From IMG/VR virus record IMGVR_UViG_3300028653_000015, positions 1 to 64,000 of that record: 64,000 nucleotides of DNA; one strand, 5' to 3'. Shown here piece after piece: positions 45,737 through 53,770 of the stretch. The DNA is from a virus (lineage: Duplodnaviria > Caudoviricetes). The notes beneath the pieces were generated by a model. It was given only the letters and a program-made list of their open reading frames with translations. It made no database searches and was not told the DNA's origin. How positions within the stretch are numbered: position 1 is the stretch's first letter; every line of letters starts with the position of its first letter. Made by a program: the position numbers and the translations under genes.

Positions 45737-45764
45737 GAAAGGCGCAAATGCCAAAGCCAAGTAA
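45588..45764 (+). CDS. 58-aa ORF overlapping the HU 3' tail in another frame
   Basis: AAGGAG-aaca-GTG start; MEKYAVQIDPTKVDKEKEKNAEKGKTLDDPNCNVPLDPIEGSKPFEKEAEKGANAKAK. Confidence 0.55.
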   Translation: MEKYAVQIDPTKVDKEKEKNAEKGKTLDDPNCNVPLDPIEGSKPFEKEAEKGANAKAK

Positions 45765-47091
45765 GACACCAGTCAAGAAGCCTACGTACACAGGGCCTGT
45801 GTACGTAGACCCCAATTCTATCCCGCGAGCTGATGCAAATGAGCTTCTGGATGTTCTCCAAGCCACGCTTGGCGGCGATGGTGTAATCCTGCAGCAGGGT
45901 ATAGAGGTAGAAGGTCGCTTAGATCTAAGACGACCAAGTGGAATCACCCAACTAGATATCGCGTGTGGTGGTGGTCTGCCAGCTGGTGGACTTTCTCAGA
46001 TAGATGGGGCTGATGGGGTGGGAAAGAACCTGCTGATGAACTACTACTTTGCCAAGCAGCAGTCCATTCATGGAGCCGCCACCAACCTGGCCATGGTGTG
46101 CCTAGAGAGTGGTTATGACAAGCTGTTTGGCAGGGCGGTAGGAGTCAAGGTAGCACTATCTCCATACGAGATTGAGGCAGAGGGCAGGCGTAGGCGCATG
46201 AAGGGAGAGCCTGAGCTCACAGTTGAGGAAGTAGCAGAGCTACAGTCTCAGGTAGGCAACTTCCACATCTTCCGTGGTGCCGCATCAGAAAAGATACTGG
46301 AGGCTGTGGTGCACTGTGTGTCATCCAACTCCTATCAGATCATAGGCATTGACTCTTGGGATGCCATGCTCACCGCAGCAGAGGAGGGTAAGGAGCTCGA
46401 GGACAACGCGAAAGTAGCCGATGCTTCGGGTATACAGACTAGATGGATGCGCAAGGTGTTTGGTGCCTTATCTCCCCAAAAGATCTGCCCGGACTGCTTT
46501 GGTAGGCCACTGGGATTCAAGCAGTATGGCAAAGGGAACTTCGACTACATCTGCCCAGAAAGCAAGTGCGGTTGGAAGGGTAAGAAACCCTACATGTGGG
46601 AGAACGAAACTACCCTCATAGGCATTCGGCAGATACGCGCCAACCTGAATAAGATGGGCATGCATGCTCGGGAGTACAAAGTCGGAGGTGCATATGCTCT
46701 TCGTCACGGCAAGATGATCGATATTGCCCTCAGGCGAGGCAAACCGATAGAGCTCAGCAATAACAACATCGGAAAAGAGATCAACTGGGAGCTTACAAAG
46801 GGCAAGGCAGGTACACACGAGGGTCTGAAAGGAGCATACGAATACTACTACGCTCCGCCAGGCATCGACCTGTCTTCAGATCTAGTCAACTACTGCTCGG
46901 CCAACAACATCATCCAGTATGGTGGACCAAAGGTTGGGTTCTACGTGACGTCTATGGATGGTAGTGAACAGGTTAAGTTGGGGACCAAGGAAGAGATGCA
47001 AAGGCGGGTAGAGGAAGACAAAGACATTGAGCACCTTCTTCGTGTTCTCAGCTTCAGAGAGGCCGGGCTAGGGAGAGTGCGGTTCAAGTGA
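45748..47091 (+). CDS. recA: RecA/UvsX-like recombinase with Zn-ribbon insert
   Basis: SG...LDIA.GGGLP.G, GADGVGKN, IGIDSWDAM, IRQIR, GGAYALRH; CPDC...CPESKC insert. Confidence 0.85.
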   Translation: MPKPSKTPVKKPTYTGPVYVDPNSIPRADANELLDVLQATLGGDGVILQQGIEVEGRLDLRRPSGITQLDIACGGGLPAGGLSQIDGADGVGKNLLMNYYFAKQQSIHGAATNLAMVCLESGYDKLFGRAVGVKVALSPYEIEAEGRRRRMKGEPELTVEEVAELQSQVGNFHIFRGAASEKILEAVVHCVSSNSYQIIGIDSWDAMLTAAEEGKELEDNAKVADASGIQTRWMRKVFGALSPQKICPDCFGRPLGFKQYGKGNFDYICPESKCGWKGKKPYMWENETTLIGIRQIRANLNKMGMHAREYKVGGAYALRHGKMIDIALRRGKPIELSNNNIGKEINWELTKGKAGTHEGLKGAYEYYYAPPGIDLSSDLVNYCSANNIIQYGGPKVGFYVTSMDGSEQVKLGTKEEMQRRVEEDKDIEHLLRVLSFREAGLGRVRFK

Positions 47092-47630
47092 ACACCATCA
47101 AATTAGAGCTGGCTGTACGATATGTAGGGTTCGGAAAGTCCTGTAGCAGTTGCGGACAGGTGAGGGAAACCACACACTATGCCCTCCAGAATACAGTGAG
47201 TGGTGATGTGCTACAGGACTTCCGACTCTGCGATAAGTGTCAAGACAAGGGGCACGTGATACGATTTGAAGTGGTGGGCTCTGCTGACACCAATAGAGCC
47301 AGAGGAGCGCGTAGAGTACGAATATCCAGAGAGCTGGAGAGGGGCCTTGCCAGGGATGTAGGAGGCAAGGTGCAGCCAGGATCTGGAAACCAAGATGATA
47401 AAGACGATGTGCGGGTGTTCGGAGAGTGGCGATTCGAACACAAGTACACGGACAACTGCAAGGACTACATACTGCACGCTTCAGATCTAATGGCGGTGGT
47501 ACGACATGCCAAACTGTCTGGAGAGTGGCCAGCATTCGTTCTGAACTTCCGCAAGCTCGGTAGGAAGTTTGTCACAATTCCATACGAGCTATTCCTCGAA
47601 CTAATGGAGAGACTGCGTGCCAATAGATAA
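47088..47630 (+). CDS. Zn finger plus PD-(D/E)xK nuclease (Holliday-junction resolvase-like)
   Basis: CSSC...CDKC; E...A...GG...PGSG...DDV.....FEHK. Confidence 0.7.
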   Translation: MNTIKLELAVRYVGFGKSCSSCGQVRETTHYALQNTVSGDVLQDFRLCDKCQDKGHVIRFEVVGSADTNRARGARRVRISRELERGLARDVGGKVQPGSGNQDDKDDVRVFGEWRFEHKYTDNCKDYILHASDLMAVVRHAKLSGEWPAFVLNFRKLGRKFVTIPYELFLELMERLRANR

Positions 47631-48498
47631 GCTGATGAGCGTAAAAGATCTGAGCACCTGCTCAAAGAAGGTGTTCCAAGAAATAACAGTAGTGAACAGA
47701 ATCGAATCTCTGCTGGAAGACATGAATGTCAAGGCAAGTTCGATGTCTGATCAGTTAATGATTGGAGACATGGTACGCATGACTCATGTGTTCCATGCCT
47801 CCGAAATTGGAAGAACCACAGGTAGGTCGCCTAGTGGCAAGTACCCTATGGGTTGTGCTAGAGCCCTATACTACAGTTACATAAATGCACCAGCTGAGGG
47901 TTCTTGGACTCCCAGAAACAGACGCATACTAGACACTGGTACTGCAATCCACAGTCAGCTACAGATGTACTTAGCGGAGGTAGCAAAGAAGAGGAAGAAG
48001 ACAGAGTCGTTCGAGAAGGAAGCTCTCATCTCTCCAGAGACAAACCCAGTAGCCGATGTCTTAGATCTATCCGGACATACTGATGGCATCTACAACATCA
48101 CTCTTCCGCACTTGCAAGTACGTTTTGGAATAGAAATCAAATCCATCAATGATGCTGGATTCAAGGCCACCAAATCAGTACACCCAGAGCACGCAGTACA
48201 AGGTACCATCTATCAAGCATGCTTGGATTTGCCGGTTATGCTGTTCCTGTACTACAGCAAGAACGATTCCAACATGGCCGAGTTCCTTCAGGTATTTGAT
48301 CCCAACATATGGGAAGAGATCAAAACAAAAATCAACTGGGTTAGGGAGTGTGTGTACAAAGGGGTAAGCCCCCAACAAGAGATAGGGTTTGGTTGCAAGA
48401 CCTGCAAGTACAAAGCGATCTGTAAGCCACCACAAAGGACAAGAAGGCCCATGGCAGTGAATGCATTCAGAACAAAGGGAGGTATGGCATGCGGATAA
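47617..48498 (+). CDS. Cas4/RecB-like PD-(D/E)xK exonuclease
   Basis: HASEIG..C.R, GTAIH, GHTDG, EIKS, H..Q...Y, C-terminal CKTCKYKAIC. Confidence 0.8.
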   Translation: MPIDKLMSVKDLSTCSKKVFQEITVVNRIESLLEDMNVKASSMSDQLMIGDMVRMTHVFHASEIGRTTGRSPSGKYPMGCARALYYSYINAPAEGSWTPRNRRILDTGTAIHSQLQMYLAEVAKKRKKTESFEKEALISPETNPVADVLDLSGHTDGIYNITLPHLQVRFGIEIKSINDAGFKATKSVHPEHAVQGTIYQACLDLPVMLFLYYSKNDSNMAEFLQVFDPNIWEEIKTKINWVRECVYKGVSPQQEIGFGCKTCKYKAICKPPQRTRRPMAVNAFRTKGGMACG

Positions 48499-49127
48499 TC
48501 AGACCTGGTGTAGAGCTAGTATCCTGCTCTACAAATCCAGAGAAATTGATCGAGCGTATGGGAAGAATTTGCTACAAGAGTGAGGACATGATCACAGAAG
48601 ATTCTGCCCCCAAGTTCATCAGAATGATCATGCAGCGGGGTCATGAATCTGTACTAGAGCATGCCGTTGCTAGCTTCATCATCACAACAGACCGTGGGGT
48701 TACCCACGAAATAGTACGGCACAGGCTTGCTAGCTACTCTCAGGAGAGCACAAGATACTGTAACTTCTCGCAGGATCGTTTCGGGGGAGAGATTACTGTT
48801 ATCGAACCACCCGGTCTAGGTGAAAGTATGGCTTGGGGTTTCTGGCATAGCGCTGTAGCAGTAGCTGAAGCCCAGTACTTAGCGATGCTCAATGAAGGCA
48901 TGTCACCACAGATTGCTCGATCTGTTCTTCCGAATTGCCTGAAGTCTGACATAGGGATGACAGCGAACTTTCGAGAGTGGCGTCACTTCCTCAAGCTGAG
49001 GACTAGCCCAGCAGCACATCCGCAGATGAGAGAAATAGCGAATCTGATAGCACAAATACTATGCGTCCTGTCTGCAACATGCTTCGGGGAATTCTTGGAG
49101 AAGACTGATGCCAATACTGGAGGCTAA
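48489..49127 (+). CDS. thyX: Flavin-dependent thymidylate synthase
   Basis: GHESVLEH, RHRLASYSQESTRY, ARSVLPN, NFREWRHFLKLR, AHPQMR. Confidence 0.95.
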   Translation: MRIIRPGVELVSCSTNPEKLIERMGRICYKSEDMITEDSAPKFIRMIMQRGHESVLEHAVASFIITTDRGVTHEIVRHRLASYSQESTRYCNFSQDRFGGEITVIEPPGLGESMAWGFWHSAVAVAEAQYLAMLNEGMSPQIARSVLPNCLKSDIGMTANFREWRHFLKLRTSPAAHPQMREIANLIAQILCVLSATCFGEFLEKTDANTGG

Positions 49128-49731
49128 CTACGAACAAGGCATGGCTGCCTATGAACAAGCAGCCGACAAGGGTGATGCGGAACTGATCAAGATGGGCTTC
49201 CCTAGGTCCCAAAGACCTATGGTAACTGTCGAGGGTGTGCAGCAGTTCGCAGATAGACCTACCCTACCTGAACGTCTCAGCGACTTGTCGATGTCAGACC
49301 TGCAGGACTTGCTTGGCTGGTTCACTGCCTGGCACTCGTATGCTGTGGAGCAGGTACCTCCAATGCGCATCATGAGAAACACAACAGAAGCTGCTCGCGA
49401 CTTTGCGTGGGCTAAGATCCGAAAAGAAAAGAAGGGTACAGTATCTGATAAGAACGATAACACCCGTACGGATATGAGGTACGTCCAGGCAAACACCGCC
49501 TATGAGACCTCAGACTACATGTACAATATGATCAAGGCCATAACAGATGGCCTGTACAGAGAGATTGAAACCATATCCAGAGCCATCTCAGGACTGGAAC
49601 AAAAATTCGGTGCAGAAGGACATCGTTTTTCAGGAGAGCGTCGCGGTGTTGGTGCACACTCTGGCCCCTCCTTCAAAACACCGTTCAAAGCTGATGTCAT
49701 GGCACGATTCCGTACAGGGACCAAGCGATGA
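49108..49731 (+). CDS. Helical hypothetical protein (UvsY-like by shape and context only)
   Basis: Long predicted helices in the recombination cluster. Confidence 0.5.
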   Translation: MPILEANYEQGMAAYEQAADKGDAELIKMGFPRSQRPMVTVEGVQQFADRPTLPERLSDLSMSDLQDLLGWFTAWHSYAVEQVPPMRIMRNTTEAARDFAWAKIRKEKKGTVSDKNDNTRTDMRYVQANTAYETSDYMYNMIKAITDGLYREIETISRAISGLEQKFGAEGHRFSGERRGVGAHSGPSFKTPFKADVMARFRTGTKR

Positions 49732-50237
49732 GCTTGGTGATCCCAAAATCGAAGAAAGTGCAAGAGGTTAGACATGTAGCAGGACTACATGTGTGGGTAC
49801 CCTTCCTGCCGCCATCCTCAAATGGCATCTACGTGAACATACCGGGCCACGGTAGAACTCTATCTACCCAGGCTCGGGCGTTCAAGGTGAAGGCCATGCG
49901 AGAGATTCAACAGAAAGGTAGGGTGGCCTTTCTGCAACTGAAACCCAATGTACCCTACCAACTGAACCTCACAGTATTCTTCGATCATATTGAAATCAAA
50001 AAATCAGCAAAGGGAAACAGGTACATAGTTAGAGACTTGAGCAACGTAGTGAAGTTGATAGAAGACACGGTGTCAGAGGCAGTAGGGATAGGAGATGAGC
50101 ACAACTTCAGACTGGTTCTAGAGAAGCACTGTGATCCTGAGAACCCCGGTATGTATGTAGACCTAATTCAAATATCTGAGAAGAGTGTAGGTCTGACAAA
50201 GAAGGAGTACGATCTTGGTCACACCACTAGTACCTAA
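49728..50237 (+). CDS. rusA: RusA-like Holliday junction resolvase
   Basis: PPSSN.IY and RDLSNVVKLIEDTV.....GDE. Confidence 0.75.
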   Translation: MSLVIPKSKKVQEVRHVAGLHVWVPFLPPSSNGIYVNIPGHGRTLSTQARAFKVKAMREIQQKGRVAFLQLKPNVPYQLNLTVFFDHIEIKKSAKGNRYIVRDLSNVVKLIEDTVSEAVGIGDEHNFRLVLEKHCDPENPGMYVDLIQISEKSVGLTKKEYDLGHTTST

Positions 50238-50595
50238 AGTCGATGCAAACGACTTCTCACGTACGAACATCACAGAGTTGATTACTCTGTGCCAGCATGC
50301 CGGTATCCTTGGAGCACACAGGGGCATACCGCGCAAAACACTTATCGCACTGCTGAGAGGAGAGACAACAGCCAGAGCAGTAGACATGCCGGACCCTGTG
50401 GACAACTACAGGGAGATGATGCTCTATCTACAAGAGTCCATGCCAGACATTATCAAAGGGCAACTGAAGTGCAGTACTGATCACTACTTCTGCCCGGCTT
50501 GTCCGCCAGCAAGAGTGGTAGCATGTGCACTCGTGAACTTTGATGAAGGGTTCAGAGAGCAAATCTTGAAAGAGATGAAGATGGGGCAAGGATGA
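50215..50595 (+). CDS. Small protein with Rho-N/HeH-like helices and Cys cluster
   Basis: FSRTNITELITLCQHAGI...RKTLIALL; C....CPAC.....AC. Confidence 0.5.
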   Translation: MVTPLVPKVDANDFSRTNITELITLCQHAGILGAHRGIPRKTLIALLRGETTARAVDMPDPVDNYREMMLYLQESMPDIIKGQLKCSTDHYFCPACPPARVVACALVNFDEGFREQILKEMKMGQG

Positions 50596-50834
50596 ACCTC
50601 AAGAGTTGTGTAAGCTGTGACCGGCTTACCACCTGTCACGTCGTAGATGCAGACAAGTTGGAAATGGGGTATTGTTGCGATTCATGGGCCAAGACAAGCT
50701 CAAGTATCTTGTCAGGCCGCCTTCAAATTGCTAAAAGGTTCGGACCTTGGGCACTCAGGTACGAAACCATTCGACTGCAACCAGTAGGTGAGAGTGCTGG
50801 ACCAAAAATCAGGAGACGACACAAAAATGGCTGA
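50592..50834 (+). CDS. Small Cys-rich protein
   Basis: CVSC....C...CC; ATGA-coupled. Confidence 0.5.
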   Translation: MNLKSCVSCDRLTTCHVVDADKLEMGYCCDSWAKTSSSILSGRLQIAKRFGPWALRYETIRLQPVGESAGPKIRRRHKNG

Positions 50835-51387
50835 CACGTACACTCGCGAAGATCTAGGAAAACTGAAGCGCTCTGAGCTGCGGGCCTTGGCTGTAAGTGA
50901 CAAGGTGGGCATGACGTTCCAAGAAGCAAGCACCGCACGATCTGAAGACATGGTGGAGATTATCCTCAAGAAGCTCGGAGGAGCAGGAGCTAAGAAGGGA
51001 GCACCCGCTCCCAAGGGAAAGCCAGCTGGTAAGCCAGCACCTACCCCAGAACCCGAACCGGAAGAGACACCAGAAGAAGAGGCCCCTGCGGAAGAAGAAG
51101 CTCCTGCAGAAGAACCCGAAGAAGTGCCGGAAAAGAAGAAGGGTGGCAGGGCCCTGAAGGAAGAGAATACGGTCATCCAACGGGTAGATACAATCGGCCT
51201 GTTGGTCGAGGAAACATCCAAGAACGTGGTAGGTCTGACTGAGAAGTTGGGTGCCCTGCAGAAGCAGTCCTATGTTGCACTCAGCTTGCTCAAACTGCTG
51301 TTGGGTGCCAACATGGAACCTGATGAGGTGGACAAGGCTATCGACGAAGCCTCCACAGAATTCGATGGTGGCGAGGGAAAAGAGTAA
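50827..51387 (+). CDS. Rho-N/HeH-like N-terminus, acidic linker, coiled coil (start ATG 50827); ends at a slippery site
   Basis: AGGAG RBS; YTREDLGKLKRSELRALA...EDMVEIIL; EEAPAEEE linker; ends GAG GGA AAA GAG TAA. Confidence 0.7.
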   Translation: MADTYTREDLGKLKRSELRALAVSDKVGMTFQEASTARSEDMVEIILKKLGGAGAKKGAPAPKGKPAGKPAPTPEPEPEETPEEEAPAEEEAPAEEPEEVPEKKKGGRALKEENTVIQRVDTIGLLVEETSKNVVGLTEKLGALQKQSYVALSLLKLLLGANMEPDEVDKAIDEASTEFDGGEGKE

Positions 51388-51566
51388 AGGGGATAGACCC
51401 CATACCTCCGTCTGCTGAAGACGTAGTCACATTCAGCTTCAGCAGCCTAGAGAGAATGAGTGTCAAAGAACTTCTGATGGTGATCGAGTCTGTTGTATCT
51501 GACCGACCACCACCAGGAGCTACTAAAGAGCAGCTCCTGCACTTCATTCATCTCAACTCGATCTAG
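51375..51566 (+). other. Candidate programmed -1 frameshift site and 61-aa C-terminal extension
   Basis: In-frame G_GGA_AAA at 51375-51381. The -1 frame is open from 51381 to 51566 (RVKGIDP...LERMSVKELL...TKEQLLHFIHLNSI) and stops just before the terminator. Confidence 0.65.
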
Positions 51567-51574
51567 TTTCGAGT

Positions 51575-51607
51575 AGAAGGGAGCCCACCGGGGGCTCCCT
51601 TTCTTTT
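51575..51607 (+). terminator. Intrinsic terminator ending the replication block
   Basis: AAGGGAGCCC / GGGCTCCCTT stem followed by TCTTTT. Confidence 0.85.
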
Positions 51608-51610
51608 GCC

Positions 51611-51637
51611 AAAATACATACCCTACGAGGGTATAAG
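51611..51637 (+). promoter_or_regulatory. Phage-specific promoter motif, copy 6
   Basis: AAAAT-acataccctacga-GGGTATAAG immediately after a terminator, upstream of ORF 51683. Confidence 0.65.
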
Positions 51638-51682
51638 GATTATGAGTAGGAAGATCTAACCCACAAACCGAAAGGATCAGCC

Positions 51683-52042
51683 ATGAGTATGCTAATGCCG
51701 AAAGACATCCGAAGTGATGTGCGGAGAATTCTAGCCAGTGCTGCCACTGGAAAGCCCGTAGGATGGAAGCCTCAGTATGTTACTGCCTATCAGATCTTTC
51801 GACGGCTTCCCTCCGCAATCAGACACAGACTGGTAGCTGAAAGGGGGAAGCCTGGGAAGGGTAGCGGCAACGAGTTTGCAGCGGCGAGTGTTGTTGCCAT
51901 GGCATGCAGGGGCATGCCTGACGTACGTATCCGACGTCTGGACACCGAAGGTATCACCTTCGAAACCGGCACAAACAGAATCGCGAAAGCAGGGTACAAG
52001 GTGTGTGGCATCTACAGACTGCTACCACACCAGAACAACTAG
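51683..52042 (+). CDS. Basic hypothetical protein
   Basis: AAAGGA RBS; R/K-rich 119 aa. Confidence 0.6.
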   Translation: MSMLMPKDIRSDVRRILASAATGKPVGWKPQYVTAYQIFRRLPSAIRHRLVAERGKPGKGSGNEFAAASVVAMACRGMPDVRIRRLDTEGITFETGTNRIAKAGYKVCGIYRLLPHQNN

Positions 52043-52060
52043 CACAGGAAGGATTGGAGG

Positions 52061-52309
52061 ATGACAGAGAACGGGAAGACGTATTGGGTACACAAGTCAG
52101 AAGAGCGGACGTGGTGCAAGTTGTTGCCGCAACAATGGTCATTGCATGTAGAGCCCTCATTCCTAGCCAGGTACATCTACACTGGCTATGTGGCGATCAG
52201 AAACGAGAAGGTAATACAAAACATCGGCGCTGACGATGTGACCGAGTGTCAGCAACTGGTAGAGCAGAAAGCTAAAGAGTATCTGACAGCACTGCTGTCT
52301 GCTCTATAA
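52061..52309 (+). CDS. Hypothetical protein
   Basis: 82-aa ORF with GGA/GGAGG upstream. Confidence 0.55.
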   Translation: MTENGKTYWVHKSEERTWCKLLPQQWSLHVEPSFLARYIYTGYVAIRNEKVIQNIGADDVTECQQLVEQKAKEYLTALLSAL

Positions 52310-52419
52310 TGGTAATGACCTTTGAAAAAAAAAAGAACGGAGGGACATGCGCGAAAGACTCTTGGCTGTGGTAGCAGTACAGAGATCGGTGCGTACACAA
52401 CTGTAGACTTGCGCTAGAC

Positions 52420-52448
52420 CCCTCTCCCCGCTGCTGGCGGGGAGAGGG
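52420..52448. terminator. GC-rich hairpin between convergent units
   Basis: CCCTCTCCCCGC / GCGGGGAGAGGG 12-bp stem; no U tract. Confidence 0.55.
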
Positions 52449-52468
52449 ACCATACGCTAAACCTTAGC

Positions 52469-53770
52469 CTACAGAGGTATCTGACCCTTCTCTAGCTTCC
52501 GCACTATGTTCAGCACTCTGCGTATTCCTCGAACATCCTGACTGGCCTCAAAAACAGGATTGGTGGGCTGCACAGTAGGCGCACCTGGAGCAGGAGCAAC
52601 AGGTGCTGGTGGCCGAATATCAAGAGCCCCCACCTTCCGAAGACTCGCAGGCATCTTGAACTTGGGTACCCTTGGCTCCTTCCCGAATACCTCAGGACCT
52701 GCCTCTAGAACCGCATCAGCTCGCTTCTGTAGGGCGTTTGCTATCTTGACCAGCTTCCCCTTCTCCTTAGCCAACTCACGCAGCCTGTCCATGGATATCT
52801 CCACCATGCTACCAAAGAACTTGGGGTTGTCGTAGTGGTCCAGGTATGCCTCTTTGGCGTCTTCAGCAGTGTCCCAGCCAAGCAATATCTTGTCCTCGTC
52901 GTACTTGCCTGTGTCTGGCCTCTGCTGGTGTACTACGAAAGCCTTCTCCGCATCCGGGTTGGGCCCTACAAAGACATCCAGGCCCTCTCCGTCCGCTCCC
53001 TTGGTGCCTCTGATGTAGCCATAGGCATATCTGAAAGTGGTAGCCCACTCGTGGCCGTCCTTGTCTTTACCTCTCCGTACACTACCCGCTGTGTGCTCTA
53101 TGTCTAGTGGCAAGCCTTGGAACTCCATCTGTGAATCTAGCTTGTAGGCTGCTGTCTTTGCCTTCAGCCACAACTCTGCCATCCCACGCTTGTCCAGGCC
53201 CTTAGCCTGACGTACTCGGGCATCCTGTGGCTCTTGTGGCTCTACCTCTGTGGTGGGGTTATCATCAGTGTCACCGGAACCAAGACCAGTGTCCCTGGTA
53301 GCCACATCAGAGTCATGCTTCATGTCACGGGCAGGAGGATTGAAACTGTTCTGATCAACTACTGGCACACTCCCAGGCAGGTCTGTGGGACTGCCTGTGT
53401 GTTTATTTGCTCCTCGGCCTACAAACTCTGGCGAGCTCTTCTCTTCCGGCTTTTGATCTTGGGTTGGTGGGTTCAATCTACTCTGATACATGGCTCCGGT
53501 ATCTTCGATGTCAAAGTTGGAGTAGTCAGCTCGCTTTACTACCGACCCGATTTTGAAAATGCGATTCAGATGGGGTTGAAGCTTAGTCCCATCACCCATG
53601 AATCCGCCGCCATCGTAATCAGACATCTTCTCCTCCCCGGTTTGGGTGGGGTCCATACGAGTACCTTGGAGTTGATGGCCAGAGATTTCTCTGGCCTGCT
53701 CCTCGTTATCACCGTTGGGACCGTCCAGCTTCCCTAGAAGCTTTTTGTCCTGGGAGGGGTCTTCTATCAC
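52469..53770 (-). CDS. Virion protein containing an inorganic pyrophosphatase-like (InPase) domain between disordered K-x-A segments
   Basis: FQGL...IE...GS.R.G.D..G..W...YGYI.GT.GADGE.LDVFVGP...VVHQ....YDEDK..LG; flanked by AKTAA and VKIAN/QKRAD. Confidence 0.7.
   Translation of the reverse strand: MIEDPSQDKKLLGKLDGPNGDNEEQAREISGHQLQGTRMDPTQTGEEKMSDYDGGGFMGDGTKLQPHLNRIFKIGSVVKRADYSNFDIEDTGAMYQSRLNPPTQDQKPEEKSSPEFVGRGANKHTGSPTDLPGSVPVVDQNSFNPPARDMKHDSDVATRDTGLGSGDTDDNPTTEVEPQEPQDARVRQAKGLDKRGMAELWLKAKTAAYKLDSQMEFQGLPLDIEHTAGSVRRGKDKDGHEWATTFRYAYGYIRGTKGADGEGLDVFVGPNPDAEKAFVVHQQRPDTGKYDEDKILLGWDTAEDAKEAYLDHYDNPKFFGSMVEISMDRLRELAKEKGKLVKIANALQKRADAVLEAGPEVFGKEPRVPKFKMPASLRKVGALDIRPPAPVAPAPGAPTVQPTNPVFEASQDVRGIRRVLNIVRKLEKGQIPL

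Noticed and set aside
8480-51637. N4-type hairpin as an obligatory part of the GGGTATAAG promoter
   Set aside because: A good stem exists only in copies 2 and 6; copies 1, 3 and 5 are weak and copy 4 has none.
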